Shown here: piece after piece, positions 41,766 to 55,900 of the stretch
Position numbering within the stretch: the first letter of the stretch is position 1
Layout: each line of letters begins with the position of its first letter
Assembly: GCF_009914755.1 (NCBI RefSeq)
Contig: NC_060933.1
Reading direction: 5' to 3' (one strand)
From: the human T2T-CHM13v2.0 reference genome, Homo sapiens
DNA length: 64,000 nucleotides
Position numbers and translations under genes: made by a program
Notes under the pieces: generated by a model
What the model was told of the DNA's origin: nothing
What the model saw: the letters and a program-made list of their open reading frames with translations, nothing else
The model's database searches: none

Positions 41766-44700
41766 GAATCAACTCGATTGGAATGGAATGGAATGGAAAG
41801 GAATTAACCCGAATAGAATGGAATGGAATGGAATGGAACGGAAAGGAACGGAATGGAATGGAATGGAATGGAATGGAATGGAATGGAATGGAATAGAATC
41901 AACCCGACTGCAGGGGAATCGAATGGAATGGAATGCAATGGAATGGATTCAACTTGAATGGAATGGAAAGAATGGAATCAACACGAGTGGAATGGCATGG
42001 ATTGGAATGGAATGGAATGGAATCAACCCGAGTACAGGGGAATGGAATGGAATGGAATGCAATGGAATGGAATCATCCGTAATGGAATGGAAAGGAATGG
42101 AATGGAATGGAATGGAATGGAATGGAATGGAATGGAATGGAATCAACACGAATGCAATCGAATGGAATGGAATGGAATTAACCCGAATAGAATGGAATGG
42201 AATGGAATGGAACGGAACGGAATGGAATGGAATGGAATGGAATGGAACGGAACGGAACGGAATGGAATGGAATGGAATGAAATGCAATGGATCCAACACG
42301 ATTGCAATGGAATGGAATAGAATGGAATGGAGTGGAATGGAATGGGATTAACCCGAATAGAATGGAATGGAATGGAATGGAATGGAATGGAACGGAATGC
42401 AACGGAATGGAATGGAATGGAATGGAATGGAATGGAATGGTATGTTATGGAATGGAATGGTACGGAATAGAATGGAGTGGAACGAATTGCAATGGAATGG
42501 AATTGAATGGAATGGAATGGAATGGAATGGAATCAACGCGAGTGCAGGGGAATGTAATGGAACGGAATGCAATGGAATGGAATCATCCGGAATGGAATGG
42601 AATGGAATGGAATGGAATGGAATGGAACGGAATGGAATGGAATGGAATGGAATGGAATGGAATCAACCCGAGTGCAATCGAATGGAATCGAATGGAAAGG
42701 AATGCAATGGAATGGATTCAACTTGAATGGAATGGAAAGAATGGAATCAACACGAGTGGAAGGGCATGGATTGGAATGGAATGGAATGGAATCAACTCGA
42801 TTGCAATCGAATGGAATGGAATGGAATTAACCCGAATAGAATGGAATGGAATGGAATGGAATGGAATGGAACGGAACGGAATGGAATGGAATGGAATGGA
42901 ATGGAATGGAATCAACGCGAGTGCAGGGGAATGGATTGGAATGGAATGCAATGGAATGGAATCTTCCGGAATGGAATGGAATGGAATGGAATAGAATGGA
43001 ATGGAATGGAATGGAATGGAATGGAATCAAACCGAATACAGGGGAATGGAATGGAATGGAATGCAGTGGAATGGAATCATCCGTAATGGAATGGAAAGGA
43101 ATGGAATGGAATGGAATGGAATGGAATGGAATGGAATGGAATGCAATCAACTCGATTGCAATCGAATGGAATGGAATGGAATTAACCCGAATAGAATGGA
43201 ATGGAATGGAACGGAATGGAACGGAACGGAATGGAATGGAATGGAATGGAACGGAACGGAACGGAACGCAATGGAATGGAATGGAATGGAATCAACGCGA
43301 CTGCAGGGGAATGGAATGGAATGGAATGCAATGGAAAGGAATCTTCCGGAATGGAATGGAATGGAATGGAATGGAATGCAATAGATTCAACTCGATTGCA
43401 ATGGAATGGAATAGAATGGAATGGAATGGAATGGAATGGAATTAACCCGAATAGAATGGAATGGAATGGAATGGAATGGAATGGAACGGAACGGAACGGA
43501 ACGGAACGGAATGGAATGGAATGGAATGGAATGGAATGGTATGGAATGGAATGGAATCAACGCGAGTGCAGGGGAATGGAATGGAATGGAATGAAATGGA
43601 ATGGAATCAACTCGATTGCAATCGAATGGAATGGAATGGAATTAACCCGAATAGAATGGAATGGAATGGAATGGAAAGGAACGGAACGGAATGGAATGGA
43701 ATGGAATGGAACGGAACGGAACGGAACGGAATGGAATGGAATGGAATGGAATGGAATGGAATGGAATGGAATCAACGCGAATGCAGGGGAATGGAATGGA
43801 ATGGAATGCAATGGAATGGAATCTTCCGGAATGGAATGGAATTGAATGGAATGGAATGGAATGGTATGGAATAAACCCGAGTGCAATGGAAAGGAGTGGA
43901 ATGGAATGGAATGGAATGTAACAACCCGAATGGAATGGAATGTAATGGAGACTAAGGGAGTTGAATAGAATCAAACCGAATGTAATGGAATGGAATGGAA
44001 CGGAATGGAATTGAATGGAATGGAATGGAATGGAATGCAATGGAATGGAAACTTCCGGAATGGAATGGAATGGAATGGAATGGAATGAAATGCAATGGAT
44101 TCAACTCGATTGCAATGGAATGGAATAGAATGGAATGGAATGGAATGGAATGGAATTAATCCGAATAGAATGGAATGGAATGGAATGGAACGGAATGGAA
44201 CGGAAAGGAATGGAATGGAACGGAATGGAATGGAATGGAATGGAATGGTATGGAATGGAATGGAATGGTACGGAATAGAATGGAATGGATCGAATTGTAA
44301 TGGAATGGAATTGAATGGAATGGAATGGAATGGAATGGAATGGAATGGAATCAACGTGAGTGCAGGGGAATGTAATGGAACGGAATGCAATGGAATGGAA
44401 TCATCCGGAATGGAATGGAATGGAATGGAATGGAATGGTATCAACCCGAGTGCAATGGAATGGAGTGGAATGGAATGGAATGGAATGGAATGGAATGGAA
44501 CAACCCGAATGGAATGGAATGTAATGGAGAGTAAGGGAGTTGAATAGAATCAATCCAAACGTAATGGAATGGAATGCAACGGAATGGAATGGAATGGAAT
44601 GGAATGGAATGCAATGGAATGGAATCAACCCGAGTACAATGGAATGGAATGGAATGGAAAGGACTGGAATGGAATGGAATGGAATGGAATTAACCCGAAT

Positions 44701-46974
44701 ACAATGCAATGGAATGGAATGGAATGGAATGGAGTGGAATGGAATGGAATCAACCCGAGTGCAGGGGAATGGAATGCAATGGAATGCAATGGAATGGAAT
44801 CATCCGGAATGGAATGGAATGGAATGGAATGCAAAGCAATGGAATCAACTCGATTGCAATGGAATGGAATGGAATGGAAAGGAATACATTGGAATCAACC
44901 CGAGTGGAATGGAATGGAAAGGACTGGAATGGAGTGGAATGGAATGGAATGCAATGGAATGGAATGGAATGGAATCAACTTGATTGTAATGGAATGGAAT
45001 GGAAAGGAATGGAATGGAATGGAATGGAATGGAATCAACCCGACTGCAGGGGAATGGAATGGAATGGAATGCAATGGAATGGATTCAACTTGAATGGAAT
45101 GGAAAGAAAGGAATCAACACGAGTGGAATGGCATGGATTGGAATGGAATGGAATGGAATCAACCCGAGTACAGGGGAATGGAATGGAATGGAATGCATTG
45201 GAATGGAATCATCCGTAATGGAATGGAATGGAATGGAATGGAATCAACTCGATTGCAATCGAATGGAATGGAATGGAATTAACCCAAATAGAATGGAATG
45301 GAATGGAATGGAACGGAACGGAATGGAATGGAATGGAATGGAATGGAGTGGACCGGAACGGAACGGAACGGAATGGAATGGAATGGAATGGAATGGAATG
45401 GAATCAACGCGAGTGCAGGGGAATGGAATGGAATGGAATACAATGGAATTGAATCTTCCGGAATGGAATGGAATGGAATGGAATGGAATCAACCCGAGTG
45501 CAATGGAATGGAGTGGAATGGAATGGAATGGAATGGAACAACCCGAATGGAATGGAATGTAATGGAGAGTAAGGGAGTTGAATAGAATCAATCCGAATGT
45601 AATGGAATGGAATGGAACGGAATGGAATAGAATGGAATGGAATGGAATGCAATGGAATGGAATCAACCCGAGTTCAATGAAATGGAGAGGAATGGAATGG
45701 AATGGAATGGAAACTACCCGAATGGAATGGAATGTAATGGAGTGTAAGGGAATTGAAAGGAATCAATCCGAAAGTAATGGAATGGAATGGAATGGAATGG
45801 AATGGAATGGAATGGAATGGAATGGAATGCAATGGAATGGAATCAACCCGAGTGCAATCGAATGGAATCGAATGGAATGGAATGCAATGGAATGGATTCA
45901 ACTTGAATGGAATGGAAAGAATGGAATCAACACGAGTGGAATGACATGGATTGGAATGGAATGGAATGGAATCAACCCGAGTACAGGGGAATGGAATGGA
46001 ATGGAATCAACTCGATTGCAATCGAATGGAATGGAATGGAATTAACCCGAATAGAATGGAATGCAATGGAATGCAACGGAACGGAATGGAATGGAATGGA
46101 ATGGAATGGAACGGAAAGGAAGGGAATGGAATGGAATAGAATGGAATGGAATGGAATCAACGCGAGTGCAGGGGAATGGAATGGAATGGAATGCAATGGA
46201 ATGGAATCTTCCGGAATGGAATGGAATGGAATGGAATGGAATGGAATGGAATGGAATCAACCCGAGTGCAATGGAATGGAGTGGAATGGAATGGAATGGA
46301 ATGGAACAACCCGAATGGAATGGAATGGAATGGAGAGTAAGGGAGTTGAATAGAATCAATCCGAATGTAATGGAATGGAATGGAACGGAATGAAATTGAA
46401 TGGAATGGAATGGAATGCAATGGAATGGAATCAACCCGAGTGCAATGGAATGGAGAGGAATGGAATGGAATGGAATGGAAACTACCCGAATGGAATGGAA
46501 TATAATGGAGTGTAAGGGAATTGAATAGAATCAATCCGAATGTAATGGAATGGAATGGAACGGAATGGAATGGAATGGAATGGAATGGAATGGAATGGAA
46601 TGCAATGGAATGGAATCAACCCGAGTGCAATCGAATGGAATCGAATGGAATGGAATGCAATGGAATGGAATCAACTTGAATGGAATGGAAAGAATGGAAT
46701 CAACACGAGTGGAATGGCATGGATTGGAATGGAATGGAATGGAATCAACGCGAGTACAGGGGAATGGAATGGAATGGAATGCAATGGAATGGAATCATCC
46801 GTAATGGAATGGAAAGGAATGGAATGGAATGGAATGGAATGGAATGGAATGGAATGGAATGGAATCAACTCGATTGCAATCGAATGGAATGGAATGGAAT
46901 TAACCCGAATAGAATGGAATGGAATGGAATGGAACGGAACGGAATGGAATGGAATGGAATGGAACGGAACGGAA

Positions 46975-49900
46975 TGGAATGGAATGCAATGGAATGGATT
47001 CAACTTGAATGGAATGGAAAGAATGGAATCAACACGAGTGGAATGGCATGGCTTGGAATGGAATGGAATGGAATCAACCCGAGTACAGGGGAATGGAATG
47101 GAATGGAATGCAATGGAATGGAATCATCCGTAATGGAATGGAAAGGAATGGAATGGAATGGAATGGAATGGAATGGAATGGAATGGAATGGAATGGAATC
47201 AACTCGATTGCAATCGAATGGAATGGAATTGAATTAACCCGAATAGAATGGAATGGAATGGAATGGAACGGAACGGAATGGAATGGAATGGAATGGAATG
47301 GAATGGAATGGAACGGAACGGAATGGAATGGAATGGAATGGAATGGAATGGAATGGAATGGAATCAACGCGAGTGCACGGGAATGGAATGGAATGGAATG
47401 CAATGGAATGGAATCTTCCGGAATGGAATGGAATGGAATGGAATGGAATGAAATGCAATGGATTCAACTCGATTGCAATGGAATGGAATAGAATGGAATG
47501 GAATGGAATGGAATGGAAGTAATTCGAATAGAATGGAATGGAATGGAATGGAACGGAATGGAACAGAATGGAATGGAATGGAATGGAATGGAATGGTATG
47601 GAATGGAATGGAATGGTACGGAATAGAATGGAATGGAACGAATTGTAATGGAATGGAATTGAATGGAATGGAATGGATTCAACGCGAGTGCAGGGGAATG
47701 TAATGGAACGGAATGCAATGGAATGGAATCATCCGGAATGGAATGGAATGGAATGGAATGGAATGGAATCAACCCGAGTGCAATGGAATGGAGTGGAATG
47801 GAATGGAATGGAATGGAACAACCCGAATGGAATGGAATGTAATGGAGAGTAAGGGAGTTGAATAGAATCAATCCGAATGTAATGGAATGCAATGCAACGG
47901 AATGGAATGGAATGGAATGGAATGGAATGCAATGGAATTGAATCAACCCGAGTACAATGGAATGGAATGGAATGGAATGGAATGGAATGGAATGGAATGG
48001 AATGGAATGATACGGAATAGAATGGAATGGAACGAAATGGAATGGAATGGAATGGAATGGAATGGAATGGAATGGAATGGAATGGAATGGAATCGTTCCG
48101 AGTGGAATAGGAGGGAATGTATTCGAGTGGAATGGAAAGGAATGGAATCAACCAGAGTGGAATGGAAGGGAATGGAATGGAATGGAAACTAATAGAATGG
48201 AATCAACCCGAGAGGAATGGAATGGAAAGGACTGGAATGGATTGGAATCAACACGATTTTAATGGAATGGAATGGAATGGAATGGAATGGAATGGAATGG
48301 AATGGAATGGAATTAACCCGAATACAATGCAATGGAATGGAATGGAAAGGAATGGAGTGGAATGGAATGGAATCAACCCGAGTGCAGGGGAATGGAATGG
48401 AATGGAATGCAATGGAATGGAATCATCCGGAATGGAATGGAATGGAATGGAATGCAACGCCATGGAATCAACTCGATTGCAATTGAATGGAATGGAATGG
48501 AAAGGAATACATTGGAATCAACCCGAGTGGAATGGAATGGAAAGGACTGGAATGGAGTGGAATGGAATGGAATGGAATGGAATGGAATGGAATCAACTCG
48601 ATTGGAATGGAATGGAATGGATTGGAATGGAATGGAATTAACCCGAATAGAATGGAATGGAATGGAATGGAACGGAACGGAACGGAATGGAATGGAATGG
48701 AATGGAATGGAATGGAATGGAATGGAAACAACCCGACTGCAGGGGAATGGAATGGAATGGAATGCAATGGAATGGATTCAACTTGAATGGAATGGAAAGA
48801 ATGGAATCAACACGAGTGGAATGGCATGGATTGGAATGGAATGGAATGGAATCAACCCGAGTACAGAGGAATGGAATGGAATGGAATGCAATGGAATGGA
48901 ATCATCCGTAATGGAATGGAAAGGAATGGAATGGAATGGAATGGAATGGAATGGAATGGAATCAACTCGATTGCAATCGAATGGAATGGAATGGAATTAA
49001 CCCGAGTGCAATGGAATGGAGTGGAATGGAATGGAATGGAATGGAACAACCCGAATGGAATGGAATGGAATGGAGTGTAAGGGAGTTGAATAGAATCAAT
49101 CCGAATGTAATGGAATGGAATGGAACGGAATGGAATTGAATGGAATGGAATGGAATGCAATGGAATGGAATCAACCCGAGTTAAATGGAATGGAGAGGAA
49201 TGGAATGGAATGGAATGCAAACTACCCGAATGGAATGGAATGTAATGGAGTGTAAGGGAATTGAATAGAATCAATCCGAATGTAATGGAATGGAATGGAA
49301 CGGAATGGAATGGAATGGAATGGAATGTTATGGAATGGAATGGAATGCAATGGAATGGAATCAACCCGAGTGGAATCGAATGGAATCGAATGGAATGGAA
49401 TGCAATGGAATGGATTCAAATTGAATGGAATGGAAAGAATAGAATCAACACGAGTGGAATGGCATGGCTTGGAATGGAATGGAATGGAATCAACCCTAGT
49501 ACAGGGGAATGGAATGGAATGGAATGCAATGGAATGGAATCATCCGTAATGGAATGGAAAGGAATGGAATGGAATGGAATGGAATGGAATGGAATGGAAT
49601 GGAATCAACTCGATTGCAATCGAATGGAATGGAATTGAATTAACCCGAATAGAATGGAATGGAATGGAATGGAACGGAACGGAATGGAATGGAATGGAAT
49701 GGAATGGAATGGAATGGAATGGAACGGAACGGAATGGAATGGAATGGAATGGAATGGAATGGAATCAACGCGAGTGCAGGGGAATGGAATGGAATGGAAT
49801 GCAATGGAATGGAATCTTCCGGAATGGAATGGAATGGAATGGAATGGAATGAAATGCAATGGATTCAACTCGATTGCAGTGGAATGGAATAGAATGGAAT

Positions 49901-52900
49901 GGAATGGAATGGAATGGAATTAATTCGAACAGAATGGAATGGAATGGAATGGAACGGAATGGAACGGAATGGAATGGAATGGAATGGAATGGAATGGTAT
50001 GGAATGGAATGGAATGGTACGGAATAGAATGGAATGGAACGAATTGTAATGGAATGGAATGGAATGGTATGGAATGGAATGGAATGGTACGGAATAGAAT
50101 GGAATGGAACGAATTGTAATGGAATGGAATTGAATGGAATGGAATGGATTCAACGCGAGTGCAGGGGAATGTAATGGAACGGAAGGCAATGGAATGGAAT
50201 CATCCGGAATGGAATGGAATGGAATGGAATGGAATGGAATCAACCCGAGTGCAATGGAATGGAGTGGAATGGAATGGAATGGAATGGAACAACCCGAATG
50301 GAATGGAATGTAATGGAGAGTAAGGGAGTTGAATAGAATCAATCCGAATGTAATGGAATGCAATGCAACGGAATGGAATGGAATGGAATGGAATGAAATG
50401 GAATGGAATGATACGGAATAGAATGGAATGGAACGAAATGGAATGGAATGGAATGGAATGGAATGGAATGGAATGGAATGGAATGGAATGGAATGGAATC
50501 GTTCCGAGTGGAATAGGAGGGAATGTATTTGAGTGGAATGGAAAGGAATGGAATCAGCCAGAGTGGAATGGAAGGGAATGGAATGGAATGGAAACTAATA
50601 GATTGGAATCAACCCGAGAGGAATGGAATGGAAAGGACTGGAATGGATTGGAATCAACTCGATTTTAATGGAATGGAATGGAATGGAATGGAATGGAATG
50701 GAATGGATTTAACTCGAATACAATGCAATGGAATGGAATGGAACGGAATGGAGTGGAATGGAATGGAATCAACCCGAGTGCAGGGGAATGGAATGGAATG
50801 GAATGCAATGGAATGGAATCATCCGGAATGGAATGGGATGGAATGGAATGCAACGCCGTGGAATCAACTCGATTGCAATTGAATGGAATGGAATGGAAAG
50901 GAATACATTGGAATCAACCCGAGTGGAATGGAATGGAAAGGACTGGAATGGAGTGGAATGGAATGGAATGGAATGGAATGGAATGGAATCAACTCGATTG
51001 GAATGGAATGGAATGGAATGGAATGGAATGGAATTAACCCGAATAGAATGGAATGGAATGGAATGGAACGGAATGGAACGGAACGGAATGGAATGGAATG
51101 GAATGGAGTGGAATGGAATGGAATGGAAACAACCCGACTGCAGGGGAATGGAATGGAATGGAATGCAATGGAATGTATTCAACTTGAGTGGAATGGAAAG
51201 AATGGAATCAACACGAGTGGAATGGCATGGATTGGAATGGAATGGAATGGAATCAACCCGAGTACAGAGGAATGGAATGGAATGGAATGCAATGGAATGG
51301 AGTCATCCGTAATGGAATGGAAAGGAATGGAATGGAATGGAATGGAATGGAATGGAATGGAATGGAATGGAATGGAATCAACTCGATTGCAATCGAATGG
51401 AATGGAATGGAATTAACCCGAGTGCAATGGAATGGAGTGGAATGGAATGGAATGGAATGGAACAACCCGAATGGAATGGAATGTAATGGAGTGTAAGGGA
51501 GTTGAATAGAATCAATCCGAATGTAATGGAATGGAATGGAACGGAATGGAATTGAATGGAATGGAATGGAATGCAATGGAATGGAATCAACCCGAGTTAA
51601 ATGGAATGGAGAGGAATGGAATGGAATGGAATGCAAACTACCCGAATGGAATGGAATGTAATGGAGTGTAAGGGAATTGAATAGAATCAATCCGAATGTA
51701 ATGGAATGGAATGGAACGGAATGGAATGGAATGGAATGGAATGGAATGGAATGGAATGGAATGCAATGGAATGGAATCAACCCGAGTGCAATCGAATGGA
51801 ATCGAATGGAATGGAATGCAATGGAATGGATTCAACTTGAATGGAATGGAAAGAATGGAATCAACACGAGTGGAATGGCAAGGATTGGAATGGAATGGAA
51901 TGGAATCAACCCGAGTACAGGGGAATGGAATGGAATGGAATGCAATTGAATGGAATCATCCGTAATGGAATGGAAAGGAATGGAATGGAATGGAATGGAA
52001 TGGAATGGAATCAACTCGATTGCAATCGAATGGAATGGAATGGAATTAACCCGAATAGAATGGAATGGAATGGAATGGAACGGAACGGAATGGAATGGAA
52101 TGGAATGGAATGGAATGGAACGGAAAGGAAGGGAATGGAATGGAATAGAATGGAATGGAATGGAATCAACGCGAGTGCAATGGAATGGAGTGGAATGGAA
52201 TGGAATGGAATGGAACAACCCGTATGGAATGGAATGTAATGGAGAGTAAGGGAGTTGAATAGAATCAATCCGAATGTAATGGAATGGAATGGAACGGAAT
52301 GGAATTGAATGGAATGGAATGGAATGCAATGGAATGGAATCAACCCGAGTGCAATGGAATGGAGAGGAATGGAATGGAATGGAATGGAAACTACCCGAAT
52401 GGAATGGAATGTAATGGAGTGTAAGGGAATTGAATAGAATCAATCCGAATGTAATGGAATGGAATGGAACGGAATGGAATGGAATGGAATGGAATGGAAT
52501 GGAATGCAATGGATTCAACTCGATTGCAATGGAATGGAATAGAATGGAATGGAATGGAATGGAATGGAATTAATCCGAATAGAATGGAATGGAATGGAAT
52601 GGAACGGAATGGAACGGAATGGAACGGAATGGAATGGAATGGAATGGTATGGAATGGAATGGAATGTTACGGAATAGAATGGAATGGAACGAATTGTAAT
52701 GGAATGGAATTGAATGGAATGGAATGGAATGGAATGGAATCAACGGGAGTGCAGGGGAATGTAATGGAACGGAATGCAATGGAATGGAATCATCCGGAAT
52801 GGAATGGAATGGAATGGAATGGAATGGAATGGAATGGAATGGAATCACCCCGACTGCAATGGAATGGAGTGGAATGGAATGGATTGGAATGGAACAACCC

Positions 52901-55900
52901 GAATGGAGTGGAATGTAATGGAGAGTAAGGGAGTTGAATAGAATCAATCCGAATGTAATGGAATGGAATGCAACGGAATGGAATGGAATGGAATGGAATG
53001 GAATGCAATGGAATTGAATCAACCCGAGTACAATGGAATGGAATGGAATGGAATGGAATGGAATGGAATGATACGGAATAGAATGGAATGGAACGAAATG
53101 GAATGGAATGGAATGGAATGGAATGGAATCGTTCCGAGTGGAATAGGAGGGAATGTATTCGAGTGGAATGGAAAGGAATGGTATCAACCAGAGTGGAATG
53201 GAAGGGAATGGAATGGAATGGAAACTAATAGAATGGAATCAACCCGAGTGGAACGGAATGGAAAGGACTGGAATGGAATGGAATGGAATGGAATCAACTC
53301 GATTGTAATGGAATGGAATGGAATGGAATGTAATGGAATGGAATGGAATAGAATTAACCCGAATACAATGGAATGGAATGGAATGGAACGGAATGGAGTG
53401 GAATGGAATGGAATCAACCCGAGTGCAGGGGAATGGAATGGAATGGAATGCAATGGAATGGAATCATCCGGAATGGAATGGAATGGAATGGAATGCAAAG
53501 CAATGGAATCAACTCGATTCCAATGGAATGGAATGGAATGGAAAGGAATACATTGGAATCAACCCGAGTGGAATGGAATGGAAAGGACTGGAATGGAGTA
53601 GAATGGAATGGAATGGAATGGAATGGAATGGAATCAACTCGATTGGAATGGAATGGAATGGAATGGAATAGAATTAACCCGAATAGAATGGAATGGAATG
53701 GAATGGAACGGAATGGAATGGAATGGAATGGAATGGAATGGAATGGAATGGAATGGAATGGAATCAACCCGACTGCAGGGGAATGGAATGGAATGGAATG
53801 CAATGGAATGGATTCAACTTGAATGGAATGGAAAGAATGGAATCAACACGAGTGGAATGGCATGGATTGGAATGGAATGGAATGGAATCAACCCGAGTAC
53901 AGGTGAATAGAATGGAATGGAATGCAATGGAATGGAATCATCCGTAATGGAATGGAAAGGAATGGAATGGAATGGAATAGAATGGAATGGAATCAACTCG
54001 ATTGCAATCGAATGGAATGGAATGGAATTAACCCGAATAGAATGGAATGGAATGGAATGGAATGGAACGGAACGGAATGGAATGGATTGGAATGGAATGG
54101 AATGGAATCAACGCGAGTGCAGGGGAATGGAATGGAATGGAATGCAATGGAATGGAGTCTTCCGGAATGGAATGGAATGGAATGGAATGGAATGGAATGG
54201 AATGGAATGGAATAAACCCGAGTGCAATGGAATGGAGTGGAATGGAATGGAATGGAATGGAACAACCCGAATGGAATGGAATGTAATGGAGAGTAAGGGA
54301 GTTGAATTGAATCAATCCGAATGTAATGGAATGGAATGGAACGGAATGGAATTGAATGGAATGGAATGGAATGCAATGGAATGGAATCAACCCGAGTGCA
54401 ATGGAATGGAGAGGAATGGAATGGAATGGAAACTACCCGAATGGAATGGAATGTAATGGAGTGTAAGGGAATTGAATAGAATCAATCCGAATGTAATGGA
54501 ATGGAATGGAACGGAATGGAATCGAATGGAATGGAATGGAATGGAATGGAATGCAATGGAATGGAATCAACCCGAGTGCAATCGAATGGAATCGAATGGA
54601 ATGGCATGCAATGGAATGGATTCAACTTGAATGGAATGGAAAGAATGGAATCAACACGAGTGGAATGGCATGGATTGGAATGGAATGGAATGGAATCAAC
54701 CCGAGTACAGGGGAATGGAATGGAATGAAATGCAATGGAATGGAATCATCCGTAATGCAATGGAAAGGAATGGAATGGAATGGAATAGAATGGAATGGAA
54801 TGAAATCAACTCGATTGCAATCGAATGGAATGGAATGGAATTAACCCGAATAGAATGGAATGGAATGGAATGGAACGGAACGGAATGGAATGGAATGGAA
54901 TGGAATGGAATGGAATGGAATGGAACGGAACGGAATGGATGGAATCGAATGGAATGGAATGGAATGGAATGGAATTAACGCGAGTGCAGGGGAATGGAAT
55001 GGAATGGAATGCAATGGAATGGAATCTTCCGGAATGGAATGGAATGGAATGGAATGGAATGAAATGCAATTGATTAAACTCGATTGCAATGGAATGGAAT
55101 AGAATGGAATGGAATGGAATGCAATGGAATGGAATTAACCCGAATAGAATGGAATGCAATGGAATGGTATTAACCCGAATAGAATGGAATGGAATGGAAT
55201 GGAAAGGAATGGAACGGAATGGAATGGAATGGAATGGTATGGAATGGAATGGAATGGTACGGAATAGAATGGAATGGAAGGAATTGTAATGGAATGCAAT
55301 TGAATGGAATGGAATGGAATGGAATGGAATCAACGCCAGTGCAGGGGAATGTAATGGAACGGAATGCAATGGAATGGATTCATCCGGAATGGAATTGAAT
55401 GGAATGGAATGGAATGGAATCAACCCGAGTGCAATGGAATGGAGTGGAATGGAATGGAATGGAATGGAATGGAACAACCCAAATGGAATGGAATGTAATG
55501 GAGAGTAAGGGAGATGAATAGAATCAATCCGAATGTAATGGAATGGAATGGAATGGAATGGAATGGAATAGAATGGAATGGAATGCAATGGAATGGAATC
55601 AACCCGAGTACAATCGAATGGAATGGAATGGAATGGAATGGAATGCCTTCAAACCGAATGGAATGGAAAGGAATGGAATCAACACGAGTGGAATGGAATG
55701 GAATGGAATGGAATGGAATGGAATGGAATGGAATGGAATGATACGGAATAGAATGGAATGGAACGAAATTGAATGGAATGGAATGGAATGGAATGGAATG
55801 GAATGGAATGGAATGGAATGGAATGGAATCTTTCCGAGTGGAATATGAGGGTATGTATTCGAGTGGAATGGAAAGGAATGGAATCAACCAGAGTGGAATG

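Larger units (their letters stand above)
25740..46975 (+). repeat. ~21.2 kb higher-order tandem unit, copy 1 (complete)
   Basis: Matching ORF translations recur at offsets of 21200-21265 (26218/47458, 28016/49261, 31219/52464, 36300/57565, 41398/62598). Private markers recur: GGTACC 37786/59051, GGATCC 42289/63489, GCATGGCTTGG 25811/47046. Confidence 0.93.
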
